This document shows positions 52,868 through 64,000 of a DNA stretch of 64,000 bases, one piece after another. This DNA is from Octopus sinensis. Taxonomy: Eukaryota. The translations under genes were made by a program, and so were the position numbers. The stretch's first letter is position 1, and every line of letters starts with the position of its first letter. The stretch spans positions 17,112,001-17,176,000 of the forward strand of contig NC_043021.1 in NCBI RefSeq assembly GCF_006345805.1. The letters run 5' to 3'. The notes under the pieces are model-generated. The model was not told the origin of the DNA. It worked only from the letters and a program-made list of their open reading frames with translations, and ran no database searches.

Positions 52868-52948
52868 ATATATATATATATGGAATGGAGGGCTGTGTGA
52901 TAAGAAGCTTGCTTCCCAAGCACATGGTTCCAGGTTCAATCCCACTCT

Positions 52949-53303
52949 GGGATCTTTTCGGTTTGAACGGCAGTTTATAAAATAATTTCCAGGTAACTAA
53001 AAAATTTTAAACTTCGTATACTGGTAGAATGTGTTTATAAAACATCTTTTTCTCTTGACAAAATTCTATAGTTTGTAAGATATTTGTTGTTTTTTTTTCT
53101 TCAGTTTCTGCAATTTCAACCAATCAATGACGTCCATTGAGGTAAAAAAAAACATTCTGTGCCGTATGAATATGTCCCTCGTTTAAGAAACAGATTGGGT
53201 TTATTTACATTTGTGAAGAAAAAAAGATACCCTTCCCCCCACCCCTAACCCTAAAACAATGACACCGATAGAAAAAAACTGCCGTTCAAACCGAAAAGAT
53301 CCC
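52949..53303. mobile_element. MITE with GGGATCTTT termini and 6-bp TSD, inserted in a SINE A
   Basis: CACTCT|GGGATCTTTTCGGTTTGAACGGCAGTTT...AAACTGCCGTTCAAACCGAAAAGATCCC|CACTCT. Confidence 0.9.
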
Positions 53304-53754
53304 CACTCTGTGGTACCTTCTCCTATAGCCTCAGACTGACCAAAGCTTTGTGTGTGGATTTGGTAGACGGAAACTGAAAGAAGCCCATCGTGGGTATATA
53401 TGACTGAAACAAGTAAAAGAATATTACTGTCATCATCATCATCACCATCATCCTTTATCGTCCATTTCCACACTGGCATGGGTTGAACAGTTTGTCCTGA
53501 ACTGACAATCAGGAGAGCTGCATTGGGTTCCTGTCTGATTTGTGTTGGTTTCTTCCTAACATGACCTACCCTTCCTAACACCAACCACTTTACACTGTGC
53601 GCACTGGGTGCTTGCAATCCATCACAGGCATGAGTGCATTTCACGTGGCACCAGCACGGGATTCTTGCAGATAAGGATTGGGAGAAGAAGTACTCAATAC
53701 TAATGCAGAGTGTAATAGTTTTATTTAGGTTGATCCGTTGGCCTCTTTCTCTGT

Positions 53755-53790
53755 GTCTCTATGTATGTATATATACATATATATATATTT

Positions 53791-53865
<75 letters not shown>

Positions 53866-53913
53866 TTATACATGTATATATATATATATATATAATATAT
53901 ATATATACATACA

Positions 53914-53967
<54 letters not shown>

Positions 53968-54010
53968 CATATATATATATACATACATATATATATAATA
54001 TATACATACA

Positions 54011-54050
<40 letters not shown>

Positions 54051-54081
54051 CATACACACATATACATACACACATATACAT

Positions 54082-54142
<61 letters not shown>

Positions 54143-54192
54143 TATATACATATATATATGCACATATATATACATATATATATATATATATA
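53755..54192. repeat. (TA)n/(CA)n microsatellite field
   Basis: Direct reading. Confidence 0.92.
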
Positions 54193-54512
54193 CTCAGTAC
54201 ACTCTGTAAAGTGGTCAGCATTAGAGAGGCTATCCAGCCATATAAACCATGCTGAAATGGACATGGAACCCGGGCACCTTTTCAGCTGGCCACCAGCTCT
54301 TGTCAGACCATCCAACTCATGCCAAACATTGAATGATGTTAAATTATGATGATGATGATGATATATATATATATATATCTTAAAACGAGATTGGGATATT
54401 TGTGGCGTTTATTTATTCACCATTCAAGAAAAAACTTTCCAGTTCCTGTTTCCAGTTTTGCTTTTATCATTCTGCAGAAAATATTTGCCAGTATTTTTAA
54501 ATCTTATACATA

Positions 54513-54930
54513 GGTGCAGGAGTGGCTGTGTGGTAAGTAGCTTGCTAACCAACCACATGGTTCCGGGTTCAGTCCCACTGCATGGCATCTTGGGCAAGTG
54601 TCTTCTGCTATAGCCCCGGGCCGACCAATGCCTTGTGAGTGGATTTGGTAGACGGAAACTGAAAGAAGCCTGTCGTATATATGTATATATATATGTATAA
54701 GTGTGTGTGTGTATATGTTTGTGTGTCTGTGTTTGTCCCTCTAGCATTGCTTGACAACCGACGCTGGTGTGTTTACGTCCCCGTCACTTAGCGGTTCGGC
54801 AAAAAGAGACCGATAGAATAAGTACTGGGCTTACGAAAGAATAAGTCCCGGGGTCGAGTTGCTCGATTAAAGGCGGTGCTCCAGCATGGCCGCAGTCAAA
54901 TGACTGAAACAAGTAAAAGAGTAAAAGAGT
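54513..54930 (+). mobile_element. SINE family A
   Basis: Full-length match. Confidence 0.9.
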
Positions 54931-55368
54931 ATACCACACATAAGCATAACATCTACGTTCAGATTTGGAATATTAGAATAAGCAGATGCACTTCAAGAAG
55001 ACACAGCTTGGATTTTCATTCAGCTGTAGAAATGAGTGACCCACTGGTGCCAAGCCATATCAGCCTTTGCCTTTTCCTTGGATAGCATTGGTGGCACAGT
55101 GAGGGGAGGTTGGTATGCATGGGCGACTGCTGCTCTTCTATAAACAACCTTTCCTGGACTTGTGCCTTTGAGGGGAACTCTCTGGGAGCAATCCCACATT
55201 CATTCATAGCTGAAGGGGGTCTTTACCCTTTATTGAAGGAAGACATGCATTGGTTAAGACATAAATTATTTCAGAGTTTGGTTTGTTCCCTTGCTATTTT
55301 ACAAACAAACAGAGAGAATTCATCTCAACAAACATGATAGCTAATTTGCATATATAATTTATTCAATA

Positions 55369-55724
55369 GGCATAGGAGTCGATGTGTGGTAAGTAGCTTG
55401 CTTACCAACCACATGGTTCCGGGTTCAGTCCCACTGCGTGACACCTTGAGCAAGTGTCTTTGGGCCAACCAAAGCCTTGTAAGTGGTTTTGACAGACGGA
55501 AACTGAAAGAAGCCCGTCGTATATATGTGTGTGTGTGTATATGTTTGTGTGTCTGTGTTTGTCTCCCCAGCATCACTTGACAACCGATGCTGGTGTGTTT
55601 ACGTCCCTGTAACCAATAGAATAAGTACTAAGCTTACAAAGAATAAGTCTTGGGGTCGATTTGCTCGACTAAAGGTGGTGCTCCAGCATGGCCACAGTCA
55701 AATGACTGAAACAAGTAAAAGAGT
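55369..55724 (+). mobile_element. SINE family A
   Basis: Match with deletions. Confidence 0.88.
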
Positions 55725-56362
55725 AATGAGTAATAAATTAAAATTAATTTTAATTATCACTACTTTCGTGTCTGTCCTTATTCTGCTAACGCCACTTCTG
55801 GTCATTTTATTTATTTTTTTTCTCTGCATTCTAAAATAATATTTAGCTGAACAACAATCAAGAGTGTTCCAACCGTGGCCAACACTCCTTCCTACTCCTT
55901 TATGAATATCTCAGACTATATTCTCCAACGTGTCTTTTTCACCTAAAGAAAACAACAACAACAACAGCAACGACAAAAACGGTTGGACATAATTCCGAGG
56001 GGACTCTGCTGCTATTACTAGCATCTTCATGCGATCGCATGGCGGTTCCCTTTGTTGTCTACGACACTCATAAAACTCAAGCGTGATTCATTGACTTGCA
56101 ATGTCGGGTCCAGTTTTGCCGTGGGAAAAGTTATTTTCGATAGATTAACATTTATTTAGAGCAATGGGAGGCAGGAAAAACCAGATATTTGTTTCATGTC
56201 CTGCCATAGACTGCAATGATGTGTAAATCTAATGGACGAGCCTCTATGGCAGTCGCATGATCTGCTAGAAATAGCAGCCACGCACACCCATCTCAGACTA
56301 CATTCACTTCATCTTAGAAGAACAGGAAAGGTTCACTGAACAAAGTAGTCTTTGTTTTTTAA

Positions 56363-56557
56363 CAAAGTTCCTGGCTTTTGAATAAAAGAAAATACAGGAG
56401 GATCAATTAATTATGATTTTATTCAACACATTTCCCTCTCAGAATCACACAGATATTACAGTGGTCTTTCAGTGTTTCTAAGAACTCAGAAGGTTGGGCC
56501 TCCAACCAGGCCTTTCATGACACCCTTAAAGCCAGGAACTTTTCAGCACTTCCCCGT
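56363..56557. mobile_element. Mariner-type MITE remnant
   Basis: AAAGTTCCTGGCTTT pairs with AAAGCCAGGAACTTT, and the right end is ...CAGCACTTCCCCG|TA. Confidence 0.6.
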
Positions 56558-57405
56558 AAAATACATTAGAATGGTGTACCTCAACTGCCAAGTAGATGCC
56601 TGTTGAAGTGGCATTATGAGGGAGTTTTGCTAATAAAATTAAGAGATATCCCGAATTCTCTTTATAAAATTATGGGATGTGCCTTGTCGTCGCTTCTGGT
56701 CAATTTATTATTATTTTTTAAACCCTAATCTAGAAATGTAACTAAATACCACAAAGCTTTTTCTTCCATCCACTGGCCGACGGTCAGTTGAATCCTATTT
56801 TAAGATGCAAAATACGTAGAACGTAAGATGTGTCAGCAGTGAAGCGAAAAGAAAAAAAATGTTATGATGATAATCTAGTAAAAAAAAAATGTACATAAAA
56901 TGTATGCAATGGAAAGAAAAACGAAAGTCTGAAATTTAATCTCTTCGTGTAATCTAAAAATATTTATATTTTAATCAAATTGCAATTTTCGGCATAACTA
57001 CACGTGTTCCCCCGATCCCGTGCCAACGACTTTGCCTTCTCATAACTTCCAGAAAAATGAATATGTTTTAATGATTTTTTTTTTTTACAAATATGCTTTG
57101 TATATTCTGATTATTCTAGAATTTGTTGTGAAAAACTTCTGGAGGGCAGGGAGGGGGTATTTCTGAAAATTTACAAAAGGTGGCTTTGTTTCCTCATAAA
57201 TTTCAGAAAATTTTTGTTAAGAAATTTTCTACAAATACTTTTCAGATGCGTAGATTACAATTATAACGGAAATATATATATATATATATATATAATGCTG
57301 ACACATAACACAATTTTTTCGGAAGTACAGGTTTCATTTTGTGATGTGTGTCAGTATATAGGTATCCGAGCACACATTTTTTTTTCCATATTATATTCCG
57401 ATATA

Positions 57406-57624
57406 TATTTCATTACTACCCACAAGGGGCTAAACACAGAGGGGACAAACAAGGACAGACAAACGGATTAAGTCGATGGTGCGTAACTGGTACTTAATTT
57501 ATCGACCCCAAAAAGATGAAAGGCAAAGTCGACCTCGACGGAATTTGAACTCAGAACGTAACGGCAGACGAAATACGGCTACGCATTTCGCCCGGTGTGC
57601 TAACGGTTCTGCCAGCTCGCCGCC
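57406..57624 (-). mobile_element. SINE family B
   Basis: Reverse match. TATTCCGATATA on both sides. Confidence 0.85.
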
Positions 57625-58846
57625 TTAATTATATATTCCGATATAATCATAATATACACCATCTGAAAGGTATTTGTTTAAAATTTCATACAAAATATCC
57701 ATTTTCGGCAAGTTATGAGGAAACATTACCGACCCGTGAGAATTTTCCGAAATTCGTCTCCCCACCCTCAGAAAATGTAATCGGAATCTACACGATCTGA
57801 AGCATATCCAGAAGATTTCATTAAAAAATACTCGTTTTTTTTTAATTATGAGGAAATAAAATCAGGGAATGCACAGTTGTGTAGGTGTCCCAAATTTCTC
57901 ATTTATAGAACAAATTAGATTCGCAGATACGTGTTCTGCATTGTCGTCGCATTTTCTTCTGAGCTAAGATTGTACGTGCCAAGTGGTCCATGAAAATGCT
58001 GTGAGTGATTAGCAAGTTCATGAATATAATTTTCCATCACGTACTTCGACTCATTTAAGCTCGACCATCGATCCCATATAATCACGTTCGCTCAGTCTTT
58101 TCCACAGCATTCGTTGTTGAAACCATTGAAGAAAAAAAAATCACAATTTTAGCTAGAAAAAAGCCACATTTTATTTAAATACCAACAATTAAAGTGATAC
58201 GAAATATAATTCTAAATCAGTTATTGAGTTAGAGTACGTGACTTATACGCAATGTGTATGCATGATGGCATTACACAAATGCAAAAAATCCTTCTATTAA
58301 ATTTTTTAAGCTAAAGTAAGACAACGACAGCCATTTATTGACCATACATGAGACGTACAGATTTTAAAATCCGTCATAGTATCGTACATATTCAGTATCC
58401 TTAATGTCGATACCACGGATAAACTTGCCACAGTCTTGTGGTCCTCCCGTCGAGCAGCACAAAGGGAATGTTCTTATAGCTGCACATCGCGCCAGCCAAC
58501 TCTTATTTGATGTCGGTTACCAACATCATTCTGCTGTCCGGTGACATTTTTTTTCTGAGACTTTTTCCTAGATTCGTAATTTCGGTTGCTATTTCTGCTA
58601 CAACTAAGACTTTACCTGCAAGTACAATAAACGTGGGTGTAGCATCATTCATTTACAGTGTTAATGAAATAATTTATTTATTTATATTTCAGTTCCTTTT
58701 GTTTCCTCTTTCACTGGTCGGTCTTTCGTGTATGGACACAAAATGGTGGACATCGAGATGAAAGCAACTGGAATGACAGTACAGAAAAAAAAAAACGTGT
58801 ACGTTAAAAATCACCAATAAAATGTTACTGAAAATCACGCATCTTT

Positions 58847-59183
58847 CGGATCTTTACCTTTTGACCGATAGATTTTAAAAATAATTTTTTGTAACTAAAC
58901 ACTTTCAAACTTCGGACACTGGTAGAATGTGTCACATAAAACACCTTTTACTCTTGGCGTTGTTGAGTAATTTTATTTAGCTGAATACATTTCATTGATT
59001 GGTTGAAATTACTGAAATACGAGAACTTTAACAAAAAATAACTTCCAAAATACAGAATTTTCTCAACAACGCCAAGAGAAAAAGATGTTTTTATGTGACA
59101 CATTCTACAAGTATACGAAGTTTGAAAGTATTTAGTTACAAAAAATTATTTTTAAAATCTGTCGGGCAAAAGGTAAAGATCCC
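58847..59183. mobile_element. Fold-back MITE with (G)GGATCTTT termini and 6-bp TSD
   Basis: ATCTTT|CGGATCTTTACCTTTTG...CAAAAGGTAAAGATCCC|ATCTTT. TIRs longer than 100 bp. Internal homology to 52949. Confidence 0.88.
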
Positions 59184-59313
59184 ATCTTTCTTTGTCATGC
59201 ACACATCGTTAGGTTGTTTGTTTGTTTGTGTACACACACACACAACGCAAACACAGAGGGTGGCACACAGAAAAGTAGCCTGGATTCGGCAGCATAGTGT
59301 ATTTAAATTTATA

Positions 59314-59988
59314 CACTTGAAAAAGCTCCCAGCCTTTTGTTTGCAAATGTCATTGTGTTATTTCGGCCACTTGTAACTGCTATTCAGAAGCCATGTGCAG
59401 TAATTTACTCGTTTGCACCTGTCACCCACTTTTAATTATTGTACACATGTGAAATGATATGGCTTCAACTTCAAGCTTTTCAAGCCCCGTTGGCATGACC
59501 TCCTGCTTGTACGAGACTGATGCGCCAATTAATGTGTGTACTTCTTTGGCGAATGTCTCTGAATAGTTTCCTGCTTTCGAACTGTAGGGTCTCTTTGTTT
59601 TGGGACATTGTACACAGACCCTGTAATGTGTCACTTCTTAACCAACATCTATATCGTTCTCTTTGCCGCGGTAAGCCTTTACCCGAAAACTTGACTCCAA
59701 AAATTTCACACAATTTGCTTAACAAAACCCATTCTCACAGATGCTTCCTCAATCTTCACTCTTCCTGCTATTGAGTACGTCTTGATGCAGAAAAGACCAG
59801 ATATGTTCATTCGATGCTATCTTACTATCAACTAATGTGGTGAGGATGCGGTAAGGATAACGAAGCAAACAGTCGACTATAATGCGTCATCTTTGTTCAG
59901 CAGTTTACTATAATGCGTCATCTTTGTTCAGCAGTCGAAATAACACAAAAGACATTTGCAAACAAAAGGCTGGGTACTTTTTCGCGTG
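59314..59988 (-). mobile_element. Internally deleted Tc1/mariner element (DUF4817-type N-terminal transposase relic)
   Basis: TA|CAC...GTG|TA with ~52-bp TIRs. Minus strand reads TI*MLVKK*HITGSVYNVPKQR...LKLKPYHFTCVQ*LKVGD..KRVNYCTW. Confidence 0.78.
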
Positions 59989-60019
59989 TATTTACGCTAT
60001 GCTACAGAATAAGAAATCA

Positions 60020-60060
60020 CTGATGAAGGCTGGAGGGTATATCAGCCGAAACGTTGTGTT
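60020..60060 (+). ncRNA. Minimal hammerhead core in a Penelope-like fragment (60020-60139)
   Basis: CTGATGA-a-GGCTGG..TCAGCC-GAA-ACGT-T-gtgtt. The 5' stem I strand is disrupted here but present (aacac) in the 26464 homolog. Confidence 0.55.
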
Positions 60061-60264
60061 AGCAACAAACAAGATGAGGACAAATATCCGTCGAATGTAA
60101 ATAATGTACATAATTCCTCATCTCTCAAATATAGAACTGTAGTCTATTTACACTTTAAATTTCATTTTAGCAAACAAAAGATAAAATTTGAACTTTATTT
60201 TAGGAAACAAAGATAAGCACAAGATATCAAAATCGTTTTTCATAAAATCGTTCACTTTTAGTCC

Positions 60265-60576
60265 ATTCAGCTGGTGATTATTAGTTTGATATTGGTGTTT
60301 CTGACACAAGATATCCTAATCAGTTTTAATGAACTCATTAGTCTGATTGTTCCTCTGCTCTTTCTCTTTACTCTTTTACTTGTTTCAGTCATTTGACTGC
60401 GGCCATGCTGGAGCACCGCCTTTAGTCGAGCAAATCGAACCCTGGACTTATTCTTTGTAAGCCCAGTACTTATTCTATCGGTCTCTTTTGCCGAACCGCA
60501 AAGTGACGGGGACATAAACACACCAGCATCGGTTGTCAAGCAATGTTGGTGGTGGTGGTGGTGGGGGGCAACACAG

Positions 60577-60609
<33 letters not shown>

Positions 60610-62400
60610 CATATATACGACAGGCTTCTTTCAGTTTCCGTCTACCAAATCCACTCACAAGGCTTTGGTCGGCCCGAGGCTATAGAAGAAGACACTTGCC
60701 CAAGGTGTCACGCAGTGGGACTGAACCCAGAACCATGTGGTTGGTAAGCAAGCTATTTACCACACAGCCACTCCTGCTGTTGACATCTAATTTATTTCTT
60801 TTTCTACAACAGATGAAAATGCAGATTCCACCATCCATGTGGTAGGGAAAGAAATGATGCTTGCTTCTACATGTCGAAAAATATTTGGGTGTGATTCCTT
60901 TATTGATATGTAGGCAAAGACACCTTCTTTTCATTTCAACTCTTCTTCTCAATTTCATATTCTCTTTCAAATTCAACAACATTTCAGCTAATTCAAAATT
61001 TTCATCTCCTGGCTCATAATTTTCTAGGTCTACAAACCAGAGTGGATAATTCATCTTCAATAAATCATTGTATCTTCTTTCAAAGTCTACATGAAGACCT
61101 TCAAGATGGGCATGCAGCAATTCATTCTGTTACAGGAACAGTGATGTTAAAATTTTGAAATGATGCCAAATTTTTTCTTTTTCAAACTGTTTTTTTCCAA
61201 AATTTTAATTTCCCCATATACCCTTTTATCTTCTAATTTTTAGCTCTAAGTTAAGCAGATTCACTGTTTTAAAAATATCACTCAAGTAGAATATTTTTGA
61301 TTTAAACTCAGAAAGTCTTTCCAAAATTCTCTTAGCTGTATCAGTTTGCTTCTTGGAGTTGTAATTAGTCAGCTGACTCTTGAACATGGTTCCTACCAAT
61401 TCACTAGTTTTTCAAGGCTCAGACCTTTTGACAACTTGTGTGTGAAGCAATAGGGTTTTAAAAATCTTCATCTTCACAGAATTGCATTAAAAATCTTATT
61501 ATTCTCTGAGTTTGATTTGACAAAGTTAATTGCATTTATGGCAGTATTGAGTGCTTCTTCTGTGTGTCCTCCAATATTCTTAGCAACCAAATTCTGTCTG
61601 TGGATAATGCAATGTATATAAAAAATGTGAGGAGCAACTGTTTTCATTCTAGAAACAAAGCCTTTCACTTTTCCAGTCTTGGCTGCAGTTCCATCTGATG
61701 CAATGTTGATCAAATTAGTCAATGGAATATTTTTATCTTTAAAATACTGCATTACTTCATTGAATATATCTTCTCCATTAGTAGTTTCAGACAAACTTTT
61801 AATGAATCACATTTCTTCCCTTATATCATCTTCATGGATGAATCTGACACAGACGAGAAGGATAGCTTGGTTGTGAATTGTGCTATCATCAACCTGGATA
61901 GAAAAATGTCTTTTGAAGAATTTCCACAATCTTCTCCTCAACAATATTAGACATTCCATCCTATCTTCTTGTAATTATGTTATTTGAAAGTGGAATTGTA
62001 CTCCGAGTAGATGCAGCATCTTCTCCCAGAACCTCATTTGCACAAGCTATCATAGCAAGCTCGACAAGTTTCTCACCTTAAATCTGAGGTGCTGCAACCT
62101 TGACAATAATTTCAGAGACCAAATAACTTGGTTTGAGTGTCTTTGCTTGTTCAGTATTCATCTTCTTTACAAAGTCGTATTTTCTTTTTATTCTCAAAAT
62201 ATTCCCTACCTTTACCAACAGACGATGGATGCCTTAATTTCTGGTGCTGCTCCAGCTTAACTTTCTTCGTGGAATGATTTGTCGTGATGGCATCACATTC
62301 AAGACACATAGGTTTTGAGTCTACAGATACAAAACCAAACATGATAAAATCTTCTTTGTAGTTCTTCAGTTTTGCCTTTTTTAGCAGTTGGTTCAGACAT
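60265..62400 (-). pseudogene. hAT transposase pseudogene
   Basis: ORF pieces 62151-62342, 61474-61794 and 60680-61120 are colinear but frameshifted. Confidence 0.88.
60359..60778 (-). mobile_element. SINE family A inserted in the hAT transposase
   Basis: Match, with CTGCT on both sides. Confidence 0.9.
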
Positions 62401-62656
62401 TATTACAACTGATCTTTAAAAAAATAAAAATAATAAATACTTTATTTCTATAGATCAAAAATATCAAATTTATTATGAAACTGTTGTGATTGTAAAATTT
62501 TAATTTATGTAATTCTTGATTGTAATATATTATTGATTATATAATATACATTATTGATTCTTATGGAATAATTATAGAATTTTGTTTTCTTATTATTATT
62601 CTGTCTTCATATAAATCATTATTAACTAACAGCGTCTTTATTATTGATCAGTATTA

Positions 62657-63047
62657 CTCTTTTACTTGTTTCAGTCATTTGACTGTGGCCATGCTGGAGC
62701 ACCGCCTTTAGTCGAGCAAATCGACCCCAGGACTTATTCTCTATAAGCCCAGTACTTATTCTATTGGTCTCTTTTGCCGAACCGCTAAGTTACGGGGACG
62801 TAAACACACCAGCATCGGTTGTCAAGCAATGCTAGAGGGACAAACACAGACACACAAACATATACATACACATACATATATATACGACAGGCTTCTTTCA
62901 GTTTCCATCTACCAAATCCACTCACAAGGCATTGGTCGGCCCGAGGCTATAGCAGAAGATACTTGCCCAAGATGCCACGCAGTGGGACTGAACCCAGAAC
63001 CATGTGGTTGATAGGCAAGCTACTTACCACACAGCCACTCCTGTGCC
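62657..63047 (-). mobile_element. SINE family A
   Basis: Full-length match. Confidence 0.9.
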
Positions 63048-63169
63048 TATTATGTAAATCTGAAATGGTTTCAATTTTTTTTATGGCTACAAATTCTCTG
63101 GGGACCACCGGTGGGCCCTAGGGACCACGGGAATCACTGAGTTACATCAATCCCAGTGTTCAACTGGAA

Positions 63170-63930
63170 CTCTCTTTACTCTTTTACTTGTTTCAGTTAT
63201 TTGACTGTGGCCATGCTGCAGCACCGCCTTTTAGTCGAGCAAATCGACCCCAGGACTTATTCTTTGCAAGCCTAGTACTTAGTCTCTTTTACAGAACCAC
63301 TAAATTACAGGGATGTAAACACACCATCATCAGTTGTCAAACGATGTTGGGGTACAAACATAGACACACAAACATATACACACACACATTCATACATATC
63401 ATCATCATCATTTAACGTCCGCTTTCCATGCTAGCATGGGTTGGACGGTTCGACTGGGGTCTGGGAAGCCAGGAGGCTGCTCCAGGCCCAGTCTGATCTG
63501 GCAGTGTTTCTACAGCTGGATGCCCTTCCTAACGCCAACCACTCTGTGAGTGTAGTGGGTGCTTTTTACGTGCCACCAGCACAGGTGCCTGGCGAGGCTG
63601 GCAACGGCCACGATTGGTTGGTGCTTTTTACGTGCCACTGGCACGGAGGCCAGTTGGGGCGGTGCTGGCAACAGCCACGTTCGGATGGTTCTTTTATGTG
63701 CCACCGGCACTGGTATCACAACTACAATTTCCATTGATTTTTGAGCGATTTATACATATATATATATATTCAATGGGCTTCTTTCAGTTTCTGTCTACCA
63801 TATCCACTCACAAGGCTTTGGTCAGCCCGAGGCTATAGTAGAAGACACTTGCCCAAGGTACCACACAGTGGCACTGAACCCCGAACCATGTGGTTGCTAT
63901 GCAAGCTACTTACCACACAGCCACTCCTAC
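63170..63930 (-). mobile_element. SINE family A split by an RTE 3' fragment (63398-63745) in its microsatellite
   Basis: Family A halves flank a (CAT)n-tailed RTE 3' UTR. Confidence 0.85.
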
Positions 63931-64000
63931 TTATTTTGTCGATTCTGAAAGGATGAAAGGCAATGTCGATCTTGGCGACATTTGAGCTAAGAACGTAAAA

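Larger units (their letters stand above)
60265..63139 (-). mobile_element. Decayed hAT transposon (Charlie/Buster, ZBED8/FAM200-like), with two SINE A insertions
   Basis: Terminus CAGTGATTCCC at 63139 and ATG at 62400. Motifs PMCLEC..LEQHQKLRH (BED-like), FSIQVDDST, ASDGTAAKTG, HCIIHRQNL, RNKLDVNSRGTIRL. Confidence 0.88.

Overview
AT-rich, repeat-saturated eukaryotic DNA whose SINE, RTE-LINE and microsatellite content resembles an octopus (coleoid cephalopod) genome. The taxon is inferred from repeat style. No intact protein-coding gene can be identified, and almost all ORF-track entries are microsatellite or SINE read-throughs. The window holds more than 30 tRNA-derived SINE copies from about 5 families and 5'-truncated RTE LINE ends. 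It also holds decayed DNA transposons (maT/DD37D-like, Tc1, a DUF4817-type mariner, a Charlie/Buster hAT), TTAA- and 6-bp-TSD MITEs, and two young retroelement-derived tandem arrays (5 x ~180 bp, 19 x 118 bp). The most interesting signal is a set of about 8 type I hammerhead-ribozyme motifs, intact to decayed, from about 5 sequence families. They sit in short Penelope-like fragments, often at (TA)n tracts or in fold-back arrangements, and one is linked to a GIY-YIG C-terminal ORF relic. Other observations are a ~145-bp target duplication around a SINE, two short locally templated insertions, and a weakly supported minus-strand exon chain.
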